From the IMG/VR virus record IMGVR_UViG_2698536484_000026: a stretch of DNA of 64,000 nt. One strand, written 5' to 3'. Below are positions 50,901 through 59,951 of the stretch, one piece after another; position 1 is the first letter of the stretch; each line of letters begins with the position of its first letter. The DNA is from a virus (Duplodnaviria; Heunggongvirae; Uroviricota; Caudoviricetes). The translations under genes were made by a program, and so were the position numbers. The notes beneath the pieces are model-generated. The model ran no database searches and had not been told where the DNA came from. It worked only from the letters and a program-made list of their open reading frames with translations.

Positions 50901-52584
50901 TGCCGAGAAAGCAGCCCAACGATCAGCTAACGCCTCGCAGCGTGCGGCCAAGAAGGAACAGGCAGCGCAACAGAAACTGGCAGCCGGATACCAGAAGGCT
51001 CTGGACAAAGCCGATCAGCTTATGGGGCAAATGGGTGAAAGCTCTAAGGCTACGGTATCGTTTGATCAGTCTCTTCGCGATACAACGAAATCGCTGACAG
51101 ATTTGGCTAATGCGGTTCCTAACGAGTTCATCACTCAAGAGATGATCGACAAGGCGAAAAAACGTCTTGAAGACCTCAAAAATGCGACACCTGAATATCG
51201 CGAGATGTTTAATCGCCGCAATGTTGAGCAGATGATCTCCACCTGGGCACCGGAGTCGGATTCCATTATTAGTGCTGGCTATACGCCGTCTCGCGAAGAT
51301 AAAGTTGCTGATTTCGAAGACACCTACAACCGCAATCTCAAAGCGTTGATAGAACTTCGTGATAAGGCGTCTGATCCTAAAGTTGTGGCGCTTTATACAA
51401 AGAAAATCAATCAACTGATTGCTGCTGGCAATACCGCGCTTATTAAAGAGACGGGGACTGCGACGCAGAAGTTGGCACTGGAATACGAAAACCTGGCAGA
51501 GCAGATCGAAAGCACCTGGACTGATTTGTTTAGTGGCTTAACTGATGTCCTGACTGATTTCGTTATTAACGGGAAGATGAGCTTCTCCAGCCTATCTCAG
51601 TCCATTTTGAAAGATATCACCAATATGGTCGTGAAGTCGCAGATCACGCTGCCTCTAATGAACATGTTGGGAATGGGAACCACCGCAGCTGGTAGTTCAC
51701 AGAGTGGTAATTTGCTCACCGGGGTTGCTTCCGCAGTTGCCAATCAAGGTGTGCGCATAAGCAACACTGTTAATGGCGACAAGTCGGTAGGAGAAGCCAC
51801 GAAGGAGACGTCCAGTTCGGTAACTGGATTGGGGCAAACGACACAGCAGACCACCAGCGCAATTGGCACAGCAACAAATGCGATTGGTAGCTGGGTATCA
51901 GGGCTATTTAATAGCACCGAAGCCAAAGATGCTGAGACAAAAGCAGTGAAGGACTCCATCTTCTCGATGCAGAACCTCAGCTCTGTTACCGGCGCTCTGT
52001 CTGCCGCGTTTGCAATGCTTGGAGCTAATGCTTCCGGCTCTGGTAATAAGTGGTTGAATTTCGGCGCGACAGTTGCATCTGGTTTGGTTTCAGTATGGGC
52101 TGGTGGTGGATTCGATGGATTGATGTCCGGTTCTTCTGGCTCAACTTCCGGGTTCAACAATCTGACCAGTTCTGCTGCCGATGGCACGAATGGTATTCCT
52201 GCAATTCCGAAGTTTGCAAATGGTGGCATATTCGGAAAAGACGGCGTGATCCCGCTCCGGGCATACCAGAAAGGCGGTATCGCCAACTCACCTCAATTGG
52301 CGTTGTTTGGGGAAGGCGATATGAATGAGGCGTATGTTCCATTGCCTGATGGTCGAACAATCCCTGTAACGCTCAGTACCGATGGTATGAGTGGAGGAGG
52401 AAATGTTCTTTCTCCTGTATCAATTGAGATCAACGTCCATAGTGACGGTAGCACAACTGAATCCGGCGATACAGAAAGCATATGGAACAATGCCGCTCAA
52501 CGGATGAAAGCAATCGCGCTTGAGACTATCGCTCAAGAGAAACGCCCTGGCGGATCACTCAACCCAAACACTCAACGTAACTAA
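47986..52584 (+). CDS. Tail tape measure protein
   Basis: 1532 aa, coiled-coil and Gly/Ala-rich hydrophobic segments, upstream of M/L/K/I/J. Confidence 0.85.
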   Translation: MAEDDKGMSQNVEFILSLEDKQFTASIDRAGKLLTRFGEQVTKPAQKIQTFERSLGSVARIIGVLESKLDSTADKLQDVAAGFELASDATRKMRGNITSLNSGLKALIERVDTTTSSVDKLTASLRKVQSELNDFSDWATYASKSASRFGTEVKEASASVSGMNTRLNTTTKRLSNWGVTTSQAAEGLKKVREQMDEVIGRQQLISKPVRVRTSGSGDGGSGRRSGASGHSGKSNEGGMFSGLRGNIFLLGEIGDAARTVTDIMFGWQKPIVEAAAEMERMRVMLRGLNKEKSNPGQAAADDMKYIVDMAQNAPFAMQALTDSFVKFRSAGLDPTDGSLKALVDSVARFGGDSELLKRAAVAVQQMSGKGVVSMEELRQQLGEAVPNAMQAMADAAGITMGELTKAVASGTVEAKQALSLMFVGLRAENENAAKDMMQTYTGALAQLQTSFTLFADRVGQAGYLDSLSKGMKELASIMNSAEGISFANSLGSGLTTAIDGLRQLAQWLAKNQELVINLGKVVAAMVAFKLMRAGIMGVVGAGSQMVSTFATMATAIQTPFNLGATAVTRFNRAARMELAPIPSLIFAIRGAITGLKGAFAGLTAFIAANPIGAAFTVATVAVAGLITYMTMLRSETSKVVDEIRKIPEAMTAAKRAQMAEYKARLEQQITQKEQELKSGEKVVYGPGMAGTTVKINQDERKRIENELNDLRKKRDKTTGAIERGDIAVAKRLAKDAAESQIEKIREENRDFAATFVKARQEALDKIQKINDDGSLSDDEKNKLLAPLRETVNKSYLEPAQKLVDSLSSRKNATEKQIATLNDQLEKAKKDGNTEQIQKLQGSIRGYQEHLEAVAQELTQAEFERDNAAKTGKGVMSNQGTVLGLGTTDKAAQKALAQYMRNQMDSATYQRTLPDGTPMMDFEGKPIIGPKQLKTQLNLQKASSASSLEKMSDEERAAAIAALTKAREQDAAAAEKAAQRSANASQRAAKKEQAAQQKLAAGYQKALDKADQLMGQMGESSKATVSFDQSLRDTTKSLTDLANAVPNEFITQEMIDKAKKRLEDLKNATPEYREMFNRRNVEQMISTWAPESDSIISAGYTPSREDKVADFEDTYNRNLKALIELRDKASDPKVVALYTKKINQLIAAGNTALIKETGTATQKLALEYENLAEQIESTWTDLFSGLTDVLTDFVINGKMSFSSLSQSILKDITNMVVKSQITLPLMNMLGMGTTAAGSSQSGNLLTGVASAVANQGVRISNTVNGDKSVGEATKETSSSVTGLGQTTQQTTSAIGTATNAIGSWVSGLFNSTEAKDAETKAVKDSIFSMQNLSSVTGALSAAFAMLGANASGSGNKWLNFGATVASGLVSVWAGGGFDGLMSGSSGSTSGFNNLTSSAADGTNGIPAIPKFANGGIFGKDGVIPLRAYQKGGIANSPQLALFGEGDMNEAYVPLPDGRTIPVTLSTDGMSGGGNVLSPVSIEINVHSDGSTTESGDTESIWNNAAQRMKAIALETIAQEKRPGGSLNPNTQRN

Positions 52585-52626
52585 CTATCGACTGCCCCGA
52601 CCGGGGCAGTCTCACAAGGATGTGAG

Positions 52627-52962
52627 ATGGAAAGACAAACGTTTAATTGGTATCCAGATTACGAATCTGAAAAAAGCGTAAAACCGAATGTAACGGTACT
52701 TAATTTTGGTGATGACTACGAGCAGCGACAGGCTCAAGGTCTTAATCGTATTAAAGAAGAATGGTCGTTAACCTTTACCAGATCATACAACGAAATTAAT
52801 GCAATCGATGACTTCCTGACTGAGCGAGCAGGCGTTGAGTCGTTCTATTGGGTTAATCCAAGAGGAAAACGGATTGTAGTTGTATGTGACAGTCATACGG
52901 TCAAGCGATATCAGGGGTACTGTGTCTTAACTGCTACATTCAGACAAGTATTTGAGGCTTAA
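52627..52962 (+). CDS. Minor tail protein (lambda gpM-like)
   Basis: FGDDYEQR and SFYW align with lambda M (FGDGYSQR, SFLW); 111 aa. Confidence 0.75.
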   Translation: MERQTFNWYPDYESEKSVKPNVTVLNFGDDYEQRQAQGLNRIKEEWSLTFTRSYNEINAIDDFLTERAGVESFYWVNPRGKRIVVVCDSHTVKRYQGYCVLTATFRQVFEA

Positions 52963-53011
52963 GTATCTGGATAAGTAAGTACTAATTTACTATCATTGTG
53001 GCGCTGACAGG

Positions 53012-53743
53012 ATGTTAGCGCCTACTTATTTCAAGGATGAAACAATGGGAATTAAAGCTGATATTCAGAGCTTATCTCCCTCTGCACTCATTGAGTTGTT
53101 CGTACTGGATATGTCGAACACAACTTCAGGGGGGAAGTTATTCTTCCACGCCGGAACAAACGAACTGATGCAACCGGTCGTCTGGCAAGGAGTGACATAC
53201 GAGCCGTGGCCAATCAAAGCATCAGGCTTTGACAAAACTGGCCAGGGAACGTTGCCACGTCCAAAAATTCAGGTATCGAACTTTGCCGGAACCGTCTCTG
53301 CGGAAGTTCAGGCGAACGACGATCTTGTTGGCTGCCGCATTATTCGCAAGATGACGCTGGCTCGCTTCCTCGATGCCGTTAATTTTAAAGACGGCAACCC
53401 AACAGCAGATCCAAACCAACATTTCCCGGATGAAATGTGGTTTATCGAACAGAAAACTCTCGAAACTCATCAGGTTGTCGAGTTTGAATTGTCCAGTGTG
53501 TTCGATTTGATGGGGGTGCAACTGCCGTATCGTCAGATCATTAAAAACACCTGCCCGTGGAAATACCGAGGGCCAGAATGCGGCTATACCGGTCCATATT
53601 TCGACAAAAATAACCAGCAGACGTCTATGTCTGGTGCTGATTACTGCACAAAACGTTATGACGCCTGTAATGCGCGTCGGAATTATTTTGCCAACGGAGT
53701 GATCCATTTTGGCGGGTTTATTGGAGCTACGCGATATGGGTAA
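53012..53743 (+). CDS. Minor tail protein (lambda gpL-like)
   Basis: WQG.TY.P.PI..SGF, ARFLDAVNF, NTCPWKYRGPECGY, FGGF align with lambda L. Confidence 0.8.
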   Translation: MLAPTYFKDETMGIKADIQSLSPSALIELFVLDMSNTTSGGKLFFHAGTNELMQPVVWQGVTYEPWPIKASGFDKTGQGTLPRPKIQVSNFAGTVSAEVQANDDLVGCRIIRKMTLARFLDAVNFKDGNPTADPNQHFPDEMWFIEQKTLETHQVVEFELSSVFDLMGVQLPYRQIIKNTCPWKYRGPECGYTGPYFDKNNQQTSMSGADYCTKRYDACNARRNYFANGVIHFGGFIGATRYG

Positions 53744-54533
53744 TAAAGCAATCCCTGAGCTTGGCTCTGATGTTATGCAGCAAATCTATCTCTGCGCCAT
53801 AAATCGCTACCCTAATGAAGCGTGTGGCTTTCTGGTGAGAACTAATGGCGACAAATATCGCTTTATGGAAGCGCGAAATGTTTCGGAGAACCCGCAGAAC
53901 ACTTTTGTAATGCACGTTGACGACATTATGGCGGCAGAGGATGCAGGTGACGTAATCGCAATCTGGCATTCACATACTGATGAATCAGCAGAAGCATCTG
54001 ATGCCGATCGTGCAGGCTGTGAAGCGACGGAAGTTCCGTGGATGATTCTGGCTATTCGCAAGAATGTTGAGGGAGATGCCCCTTTCCATTTTAGCGAGAT
54101 GAATGTGATCACACCTGATGGTTTCGAAATGCCATACCTGGGTAGACCGTATGTATTTGGCGTATTCGATTGCTGGATGTTGTGTCGGGACTATTTGAAG
54201 CGTGAGTTTAACGTCGAGCTTAACCCGAACGCACACCTGCATATTCCATCGTGGTACACCGGCGATAACGACATTCTCGACCAGAACTACCGAAACGAGG
54301 GATTGGTACGGCTTGCACCTGGAACAGAGCCTCAACGTGGGGACGTCTTCTTTATTCAATACGGGAAAATGCCAGATCACTGCGCGGTTTATATCGGCGA
54401 TGGAATGATTCTTCATCACCAGATCGACCGTCTTAGTTGTCGTGCTTATTACGGCGGAATGTATCAGAAACATACGACGCATCACTTGCGTCACAGAGAC
54501 TTGCTCAAGGGAGATGAGACGTGTCTGAGTTAG
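53709..54533 (+). CDS. Tail tip assembly protein (lambda gpK-like, MPN/JAB plus NlpC/P60)
   Basis: YPNEACGFLV and AIWHSHTDESAEASDAD (JAB/MPN); C-terminal Cys/His domain. Confidence 0.75.
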   Translation: MAGLLELRDMGNKAIPELGSDVMQQIYLCAINRYPNEACGFLVRTNGDKYRFMEARNVSENPQNTFVMHVDDIMAAEDAGDVIAIWHSHTDESAEASDADRAGCEATEVPWMILAIRKNVEGDAPFHFSEMNVITPDGFEMPYLGRPYVFGVFDCWMLCRDYLKREFNVELNPNAHLHIPSWYTGDNDILDQNYRNEGLVRLAPGTEPQRGDVFFIQYGKMPDHCAVYIGDGMILHHQIDRLSCRAYYGGMYQKHTTHHLRHRDLLKGDETCLS

Positions 54534-55114
54534 TTCATGTGCAGCTTGGCGGCCCTATGGCCAAACATTTTGGCCGCCACTGGCATCTAAAGGTGCGCAA
54601 TACAAAACAGGCTCTGGATTTAATTGAGGCCAACAAGCCTGGGTTTAAAGCATGGATGAAGCGCAATATCAAAACCTATGACCGTTACCACATCCAGATC
54701 ACCAATAAACAGGGCCACAAGTGGTCTGTTGACGAAAGTGAATATCAGATGATGGGGCAGTCTGACAACATTGCCAAAATCCGCATTACACCTGTTCCGC
54801 GAGGAAGCGGTGGATCTGCTTTTGGGTGGTTTCAGACGGTAGTAGGGGCCGCTTTGTTGGTTGTATCGGCGGTAGTGATGCCTGCTTTAGCACCTCTCGG
54901 TTTGTCACTGATGATGGGCGGCATATCACAAATCATATCGCCGCAAGCCACTAACGAAAGTGTGAGACAGGCAGATAACTCGAACTCTTATTATTTCGAC
55001 GGCCCTCAAAATACAGAAAACCAGGGCAACCCAGTACAACTTATCTATGGCGAGGAAATTCTGGTTGGCTCACAGGTTGTGAGTTCTTCAATCACGATTG
55101 ACCAGCTAATGTAA
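54521..55114 (+). CDS. Tail assembly protein (lambda gpI-like)
   Basis: Position between K and J; hydrophobic segment VVGAALLVVSAVVMPALAPLGL. Confidence 0.65.
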   Translation: MSELVHVQLGGPMAKHFGRHWHLKVRNTKQALDLIEANKPGFKAWMKRNIKTYDRYHIQITNKQGHKWSVDESEYQMMGQSDNIAKIRITPVPRGSGGSAFGWFQTVVGAALLVVSAVVMPALAPLGLSLMMGGISQIISPQATNESVRQADNSNSYYFDGPQNTENQGNPVQLIYGEEILVGSQVVSSSITIDQLM

Positions 55115-55125
55115 ACAAGGATTTT

Positions 55126-58100
55126 TTGAACATGGAACAGTTCAAGAAGAAAAAGCTACCGCTGTTTATTGCCGGTGCGGGTGGTAAAAAAAGCAGCAAA
55201 AGCTCCAGCCGTACACCGGTTGAAGCCGACGATACCGTAAATTCTCGTGCAATGGCCGCTATCCTCGATCTTCTTGGGGAAGGGGTAATTGGCGGCTTAG
55301 TAAATGGCGCAAGATCTATTTTTATCGACGATCTGCCGATTGTAAATGAAGACGGTTCCTCCAACTTCAGCGGAATCACATGGGATTTTCGCGACGGTTC
55401 ACAAGACCAGACTCCAATGTCTGGCTTTGATTTCGTTGAAACGCCTAAATCCGTCAATATCCAGTTAAAAAAAACACATTATGTAACGGTTTCAATCGAT
55501 AACGATGAAGCTGATCGGGTTCGTGTCATCATGAAGTTTCCTTCTTTGCGAAGCATAGATAAAAAAACTGGTGACACGAACGGTACGACTGTTGAGTACA
55601 AGTTCCAGATAGCAAATGGCGACTCAACATTTGTAGATGTGGTCGCGGAAGGTGAAAAAAGCGTTGGCATTAAGCTAACAGCAAAGAAGACCGGCGTTTA
55701 TTACCGTAGCTACGAGCTGAAGCTGCCTAAGCCTGGACGCGCATACAAGGTTCGTGTAGTCCGTATTACCGATGATAACAGTAGCCAGTATCTCTATAAC
55801 GATACATGGGTGGATTCAATCGGGGAAATTGTCGATACACCGATGAACTATCCAAACTCTGTTTTGGTTGGATTGAAGGTAAACTCTGAGCAATTCGGCA
55901 GCACCATGCCATCTCGCTCTTATCTGGTGCGTGGCCTAAAAATTCGAGTACCTTCAAACTATAACGAGTCAAGTAACACTTACGCTGGGGTATGGGATGG
56001 TACTTTTAAGCTGTTGTCTTCTTCGAACCCCGCGTGGATTCTCTTTGATTTGCTGACCAATGCTCGATATGGCCTTGGTCAGTATGTGTCGGAATCTATG
56101 ATTGACCTTGGCCAGTTGTACCAGATTGGTCGATATTGTGACGAAGAGGTCGATGATGGCTTTGGTGGCAAAGAGAAACGCTTTGCAATCAATACGCAGA
56201 TCACCAGTCGACAGGACGCATACCGGCTAATTCAGGATATTGCTGGAGCATTCCGCGGCATGGTGTTTTGGGCTGGTGGGATGGTTAACATCATGCAGGA
56301 TAGCCCATCAGATCCGGTAATGATGTTTACCAACTCTAACGTCAAAGATGGATTGTTTACCTATAAAGGTTCTGCGCGTAAAGATCGCCCATCCGTTGCG
56401 CTCGTAACCTACAACAACAAGGAGGACGGTTATAAGCAAAACATCGAGTACGTTGAAGATCAGGACGCAATGCGCCGTTATGGTGAGCGTAAGACAGAAG
56501 TCGTAGCATTTGGCTGTACAAGCCGAGGGCAGGCTCACCGAGTTGGTTTATGGCTTTTATATACCGCCAGAATGGAGTCGGATGTAATTACATTTACTGC
56601 CGGCTTAGACGCGTCATTTCTGATGCCTGGTGAAACCGTTCTGATTCAGAACAAATATCGCGCAGGCAAACGTAACTCAGGTCGAATTGTGGCGTTTACC
56701 AAAAACAGCGTCACACTCGATGCGCCTGTGTCGTTAGCCAAAGGCGGCTGCTTTATTCGAATACTGAATCAGGAAGGCAAAATCGTTGAACGCGATGTTC
56801 TTGAAACTGGCGAAAATATAACAAAAGTTACGTTTTCAAAAGCCCTGTCTTCGGCTGAAACGCCTGTTTTGAACGGCGTCTGGACTATTACAGAACCAGA
56901 CCTCGAACCTATGCGCGTTCGCATCGTTAACATCGCGCAGGGGGAAACGCCGGGTAGCTTTGACATCACCGCTGTTGAGAACAATCCGTCTAAATATGAG
57001 GCGATCGACAATGGTGCAACGCTTATCCCGCAAAATACGACGGTATTGGACCCGACTTACTCCAAGCCGTCTAATTTGCAAATCACCGAAGGGACTTATC
57101 TCTCAAGCCCTGGCAACCTGTCAGTAAAACTGACTGCAACATGGGAAGGGAAATCTCCAGAGTATTGGATCAGTTGGCGACGTTCTGATGAAAACAATGT
57201 ATCGAACTGGCAATCGGCGCGTGTAACCGAAGAGCAATACGAAATCGTTAATGTTGCGGAGAATGGACGCTACGACTTCCAGCTGTATGCGGTTTCATTC
57301 AACGGTAAAAAAACAGAGATTATCAGTACCGTTTATCAGGTGCTGGGCACAATGACACCGCCAGATGCCCCAACGTCATTAACGGCCGTTGGAGACTATC
57401 GTAATGTGATACTGAATTGGGTTAATCCAGATTCGGTAGACCTTGATCACATTAATGTTTACGCGTCCCAGACCAATAATCTGGATACGGCGAAACTGAT
57501 CGCAGAGTCTGCAAGCACCACCTTTACACATGCTGGTCTTGGGGATAGCGAAACGTGGTATTACTGGGTTCGAGCATCGAACAAGCGAGGTATGTTAAGT
57601 CCTCCGAACTCAAACTTGGGTACAGAGGCGACAACTCGCGATGTACTGTCGTTCCTGACTGGCAAAATTACATCTTCCGAGCTTGGTCAGGCTCTGCTTG
57701 AGGACATCAACAGCAAAGCCTCTCAAGAAGCCGTTGACGAGTTAAATGAGCATATCAACCAGAGCGTCGAATCTTTGGAGGGGGCGGTAAACGACGTTAA
57801 GGAAGATATAGCTGAATTAGATAAGCAGTTCAGCGATAACCTCGCGGATTTTGAAATAAAATTCAACGAGCGTAGCGATGCTTTGGAGAACGCACAAACC
57901 GAGCTTAAAGGTGAGGTTTCGGCAACGATCGACAAGGTCAATGAAGCGTTTGAAAAAATTGATGCTACTGATGCTGCAATTGTTGAAATCGAAAATACCG
58001 TATCTGAACACGATAAAGCTCTCGCTAATACAGTCGAGGCAATAAAGGCTGCAAGAGATGAAGCGGCGGCTCTTATTGCTAAGGAAAGCGAGGCTCGTGT

Positions 58101-59859
58101 TGAAGGTGATGCTGCAAACGCTAAACAACTGGAAGTGTTGCAGTCAACGGTAGAGGAAAGCTCCGCTGCCGTTGAAGAAATGAAAAAGACGGTTGCAGAG
58201 GTCGATCGTGCCAGTGCAGAACTGACTACGAACATTGAGGCTTTGGCCAAAACAAATATTGACCTGGCTCTTCGTCAAGATGAAGACCAGCACAAGCAGA
58301 TGGTCAATAACGCGAAGATCGCAACAACACAGAAAACCTTTGCTGATGATATGTCTGCAATGGCCACGAAGGTTGAGGAAATTCGCGTAGAAATTGGCGA
58401 AGACATTAAGGCCAGTATTCTGGAAGAGTCCACCGCTCGTGCCGATGGCGATGAAGCGTTGGCAAAGCGTGTCACTCAGCTGCAATCTAAGTTTGAAGGA
58501 GATATCAGCGCGGCGATTAGTACAGAGCAGGAGGCTCGTACATCTGCCGATGAAGCTCTGACGACACAGATCACTCAGCTTGAGTCGAAAGTAAGCAACG
58601 ATATCGTCGCAGCTATTAAGGAAGAGCAAGAAGCCCGAGCAACGGAAGATTCGGCTCTGGCAAGCCAGATCACCCAACTTCAGGCAAAGGTTGATGATGA
58701 TATTTCTGCTGCAATACGTAGTGAGCAGGAGGCCCGAGCAAGCGGGGACTCTGCGTTAGCCAAACAAATAAACCAGCTTCAGTCAAAGGTTGACGGTGAT
58801 ATATCCGCTGCCATCACTCAGGAGCAGGAGGCCAGAGCAAGTGCTGACCAGGCGCTCTCACGAGAAATTAACAGCCTGCGAGCACAAACCGGAACTGATA
58901 TTGCCGCAGCGGTTGCTGTAGAGACAAAGGCAAGGACTGATGCCGATAGTGCATTGTCCACTCAGATTTCGTCTCTTACAGCAAAAGCTAATGATCTCGA
59001 GGCATCTCTTGCCAGAGAAACAACGGCTCGTGCTGATGGTGATACCGCTTTAACAAAAGAGGTTTCAAGTTTAAAAGCACAGACAGCGAAAGATATTAGT
59101 GCGGCCGTTGCAGTTGAAACGCAGGCTCGAACTGATGCTGACTCGGCGTTGTCGTCTCAGATCACCAAGCTGACCTCTCAATACAAAGAGGATATTAAAG
59201 CGGCTGTAGCAACCGAAACGAAAACGCGTACAGAGCAAGATGCTGCATTGGCGACTCAAATCACAAACTTAGAGTCTCAAACGGCAGCCAACATTTCCGC
59301 GGCGGTAACAACTGAAACGACAGCGAGAACGCAGGCAGATAATGCTCTGAGTGGGCGAATCGATACTCTGAAAGCAGAGGTGGATGGAAATACCGCGACA
59401 ATTCAACAGCAGGCAACAGCTATTGCTGATACCAACAAAAAAGTGTCAACCGCGTGGACGTTGAAAATGGAGACTTCAACGAGCGGAGGGCAGAAGTATG
59501 TTGCCGGTATTGCGCTTGGTATTGACACCACTGGGCTATCTCAGTTTTTGGTTCAGGCGGACAGGTTTGGTTTGGTCAACTCTGTTAACGGGAAGATCAC
59601 AACGCCATTTGTTATCGAAAACAGTATCGCCTATATGAATGGAGCGTATATCAAGGATGGCACAATCACCAATGCAAAAGTAGGCGATCTGCAATCTACC
59701 AATTTTGTTAGCGGTAGATCTGGATGGCGATTCGGCAAAAATGGAACGCTTGAGATCAACGGTAATAGCGGCGGCAATGGGCGACTGGTCATAAATGGTC
59801 AGCGGATTGACGTTTATGACGATAACAACGTCCTACGAGTAAGAATTGGCCTTCTGTAA
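55126..59859 (+). CDS. Tail tip/host specificity protein (lambda gpJ-like) with C-terminal tandem coiled-coil repeats
   Basis: YPNSVLVGLKVNSEQFGS, GVWDGTFK, FGCTSRGQAHRVGLWLL, GQKYVAGIALGIDTTGLSQFLV align with lambda J. Confidence 0.85.
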   Translation: MNMEQFKKKKLPLFIAGAGGKKSSKSSSRTPVEADDTVNSRAMAAILDLLGEGVIGGLVNGARSIFIDDLPIVNEDGSSNFSGITWDFRDGSQDQTPMSGFDFVETPKSVNIQLKKTHYVTVSIDNDEADRVRVIMKFPSLRSIDKKTGDTNGTTVEYKFQIANGDSTFVDVVAEGEKSVGIKLTAKKTGVYYRSYELKLPKPGRAYKVRVVRITDDNSSQYLYNDTWVDSIGEIVDTPMNYPNSVLVGLKVNSEQFGSTMPSRSYLVRGLKIRVPSNYNESSNTYAGVWDGTFKLLSSSNPAWILFDLLTNARYGLGQYVSESMIDLGQLYQIGRYCDEEVDDGFGGKEKRFAINTQITSRQDAYRLIQDIAGAFRGMVFWAGGMVNIMQDSPSDPVMMFTNSNVKDGLFTYKGSARKDRPSVALVTYNNKEDGYKQNIEYVEDQDAMRRYGERKTEVVAFGCTSRGQAHRVGLWLLYTARMESDVITFTAGLDASFLMPGETVLIQNKYRAGKRNSGRIVAFTKNSVTLDAPVSLAKGGCFIRILNQEGKIVERDVLETGENITKVTFSKALSSAETPVLNGVWTITEPDLEPMRVRIVNIAQGETPGSFDITAVENNPSKYEAIDNGATLIPQNTTVLDPTYSKPSNLQITEGTYLSSPGNLSVKLTATWEGKSPEYWISWRRSDENNVSNWQSARVTEEQYEIVNVAENGRYDFQLYAVSFNGKKTEIISTVYQVLGTMTPPDAPTSLTAVGDYRNVILNWVNPDSVDLDHINVYASQTNNLDTAKLIAESASTTFTHAGLGDSETWYYWVRASNKRGMLSPPNSNLGTEATTRDVLSFLTGKITSSELGQALLEDINSKASQEAVDELNEHINQSVESLEGAVNDVKEDIAELDKQFSDNLADFEIKFNERSDALENAQTELKGEVSATIDKVNEAFEKIDATDAAIVEIENTVSEHDKALANTVEAIKAARDEAAALIAKESEARVEGDAANAKQLEVLQSTVEESSAAVEEMKKTVAEVDRASAELTTNIEALAKTNIDLALRQDEDQHKQMVNNAKIATTQKTFADDMSAMATKVEEIRVEIGEDIKASILEESTARADGDEALAKRVTQLQSKFEGDISAAISTEQEARTSADEALTTQITQLESKVSNDIVAAIKEEQEARATEDSALASQITQLQAKVDDDISAAIRSEQEARASGDSALAKQINQLQSKVDGDISAAITQEQEARASADQALSREINSLRAQTGTDIAAAVAVETKARTDADSALSTQISSLTAKANDLEASLARETTARADGDTALTKEVSSLKAQTAKDISAAVAVETQARTDADSALSSQITKLTSQYKEDIKAAVATETKTRTEQDAALATQITNLESQTAANISAAVTTETTARTQADNALSGRIDTLKAEVDGNTATIQQQATAIADTNKKVSTAWTLKMETSTSGGQKYVAGIALGIDTTGLSQFLVQADRFGLVNSVNGKITTPFVIENSIAYMNGAYIKDGTITNAKVGDLQSTNFVSGRSGWRFGKNGTLEINGNSGGNGRLVINGQRIDVYDDNNVLRVRIGLL

Positions 59860-59951
59860 TGTAGAAAAAAATATTTATATCGGTAAAAATAAGTAGGTAC
59901 ATACTTAATGGTGGGCAAGGATAGCCCACCAAATCAAGGAGCATATTCAAC

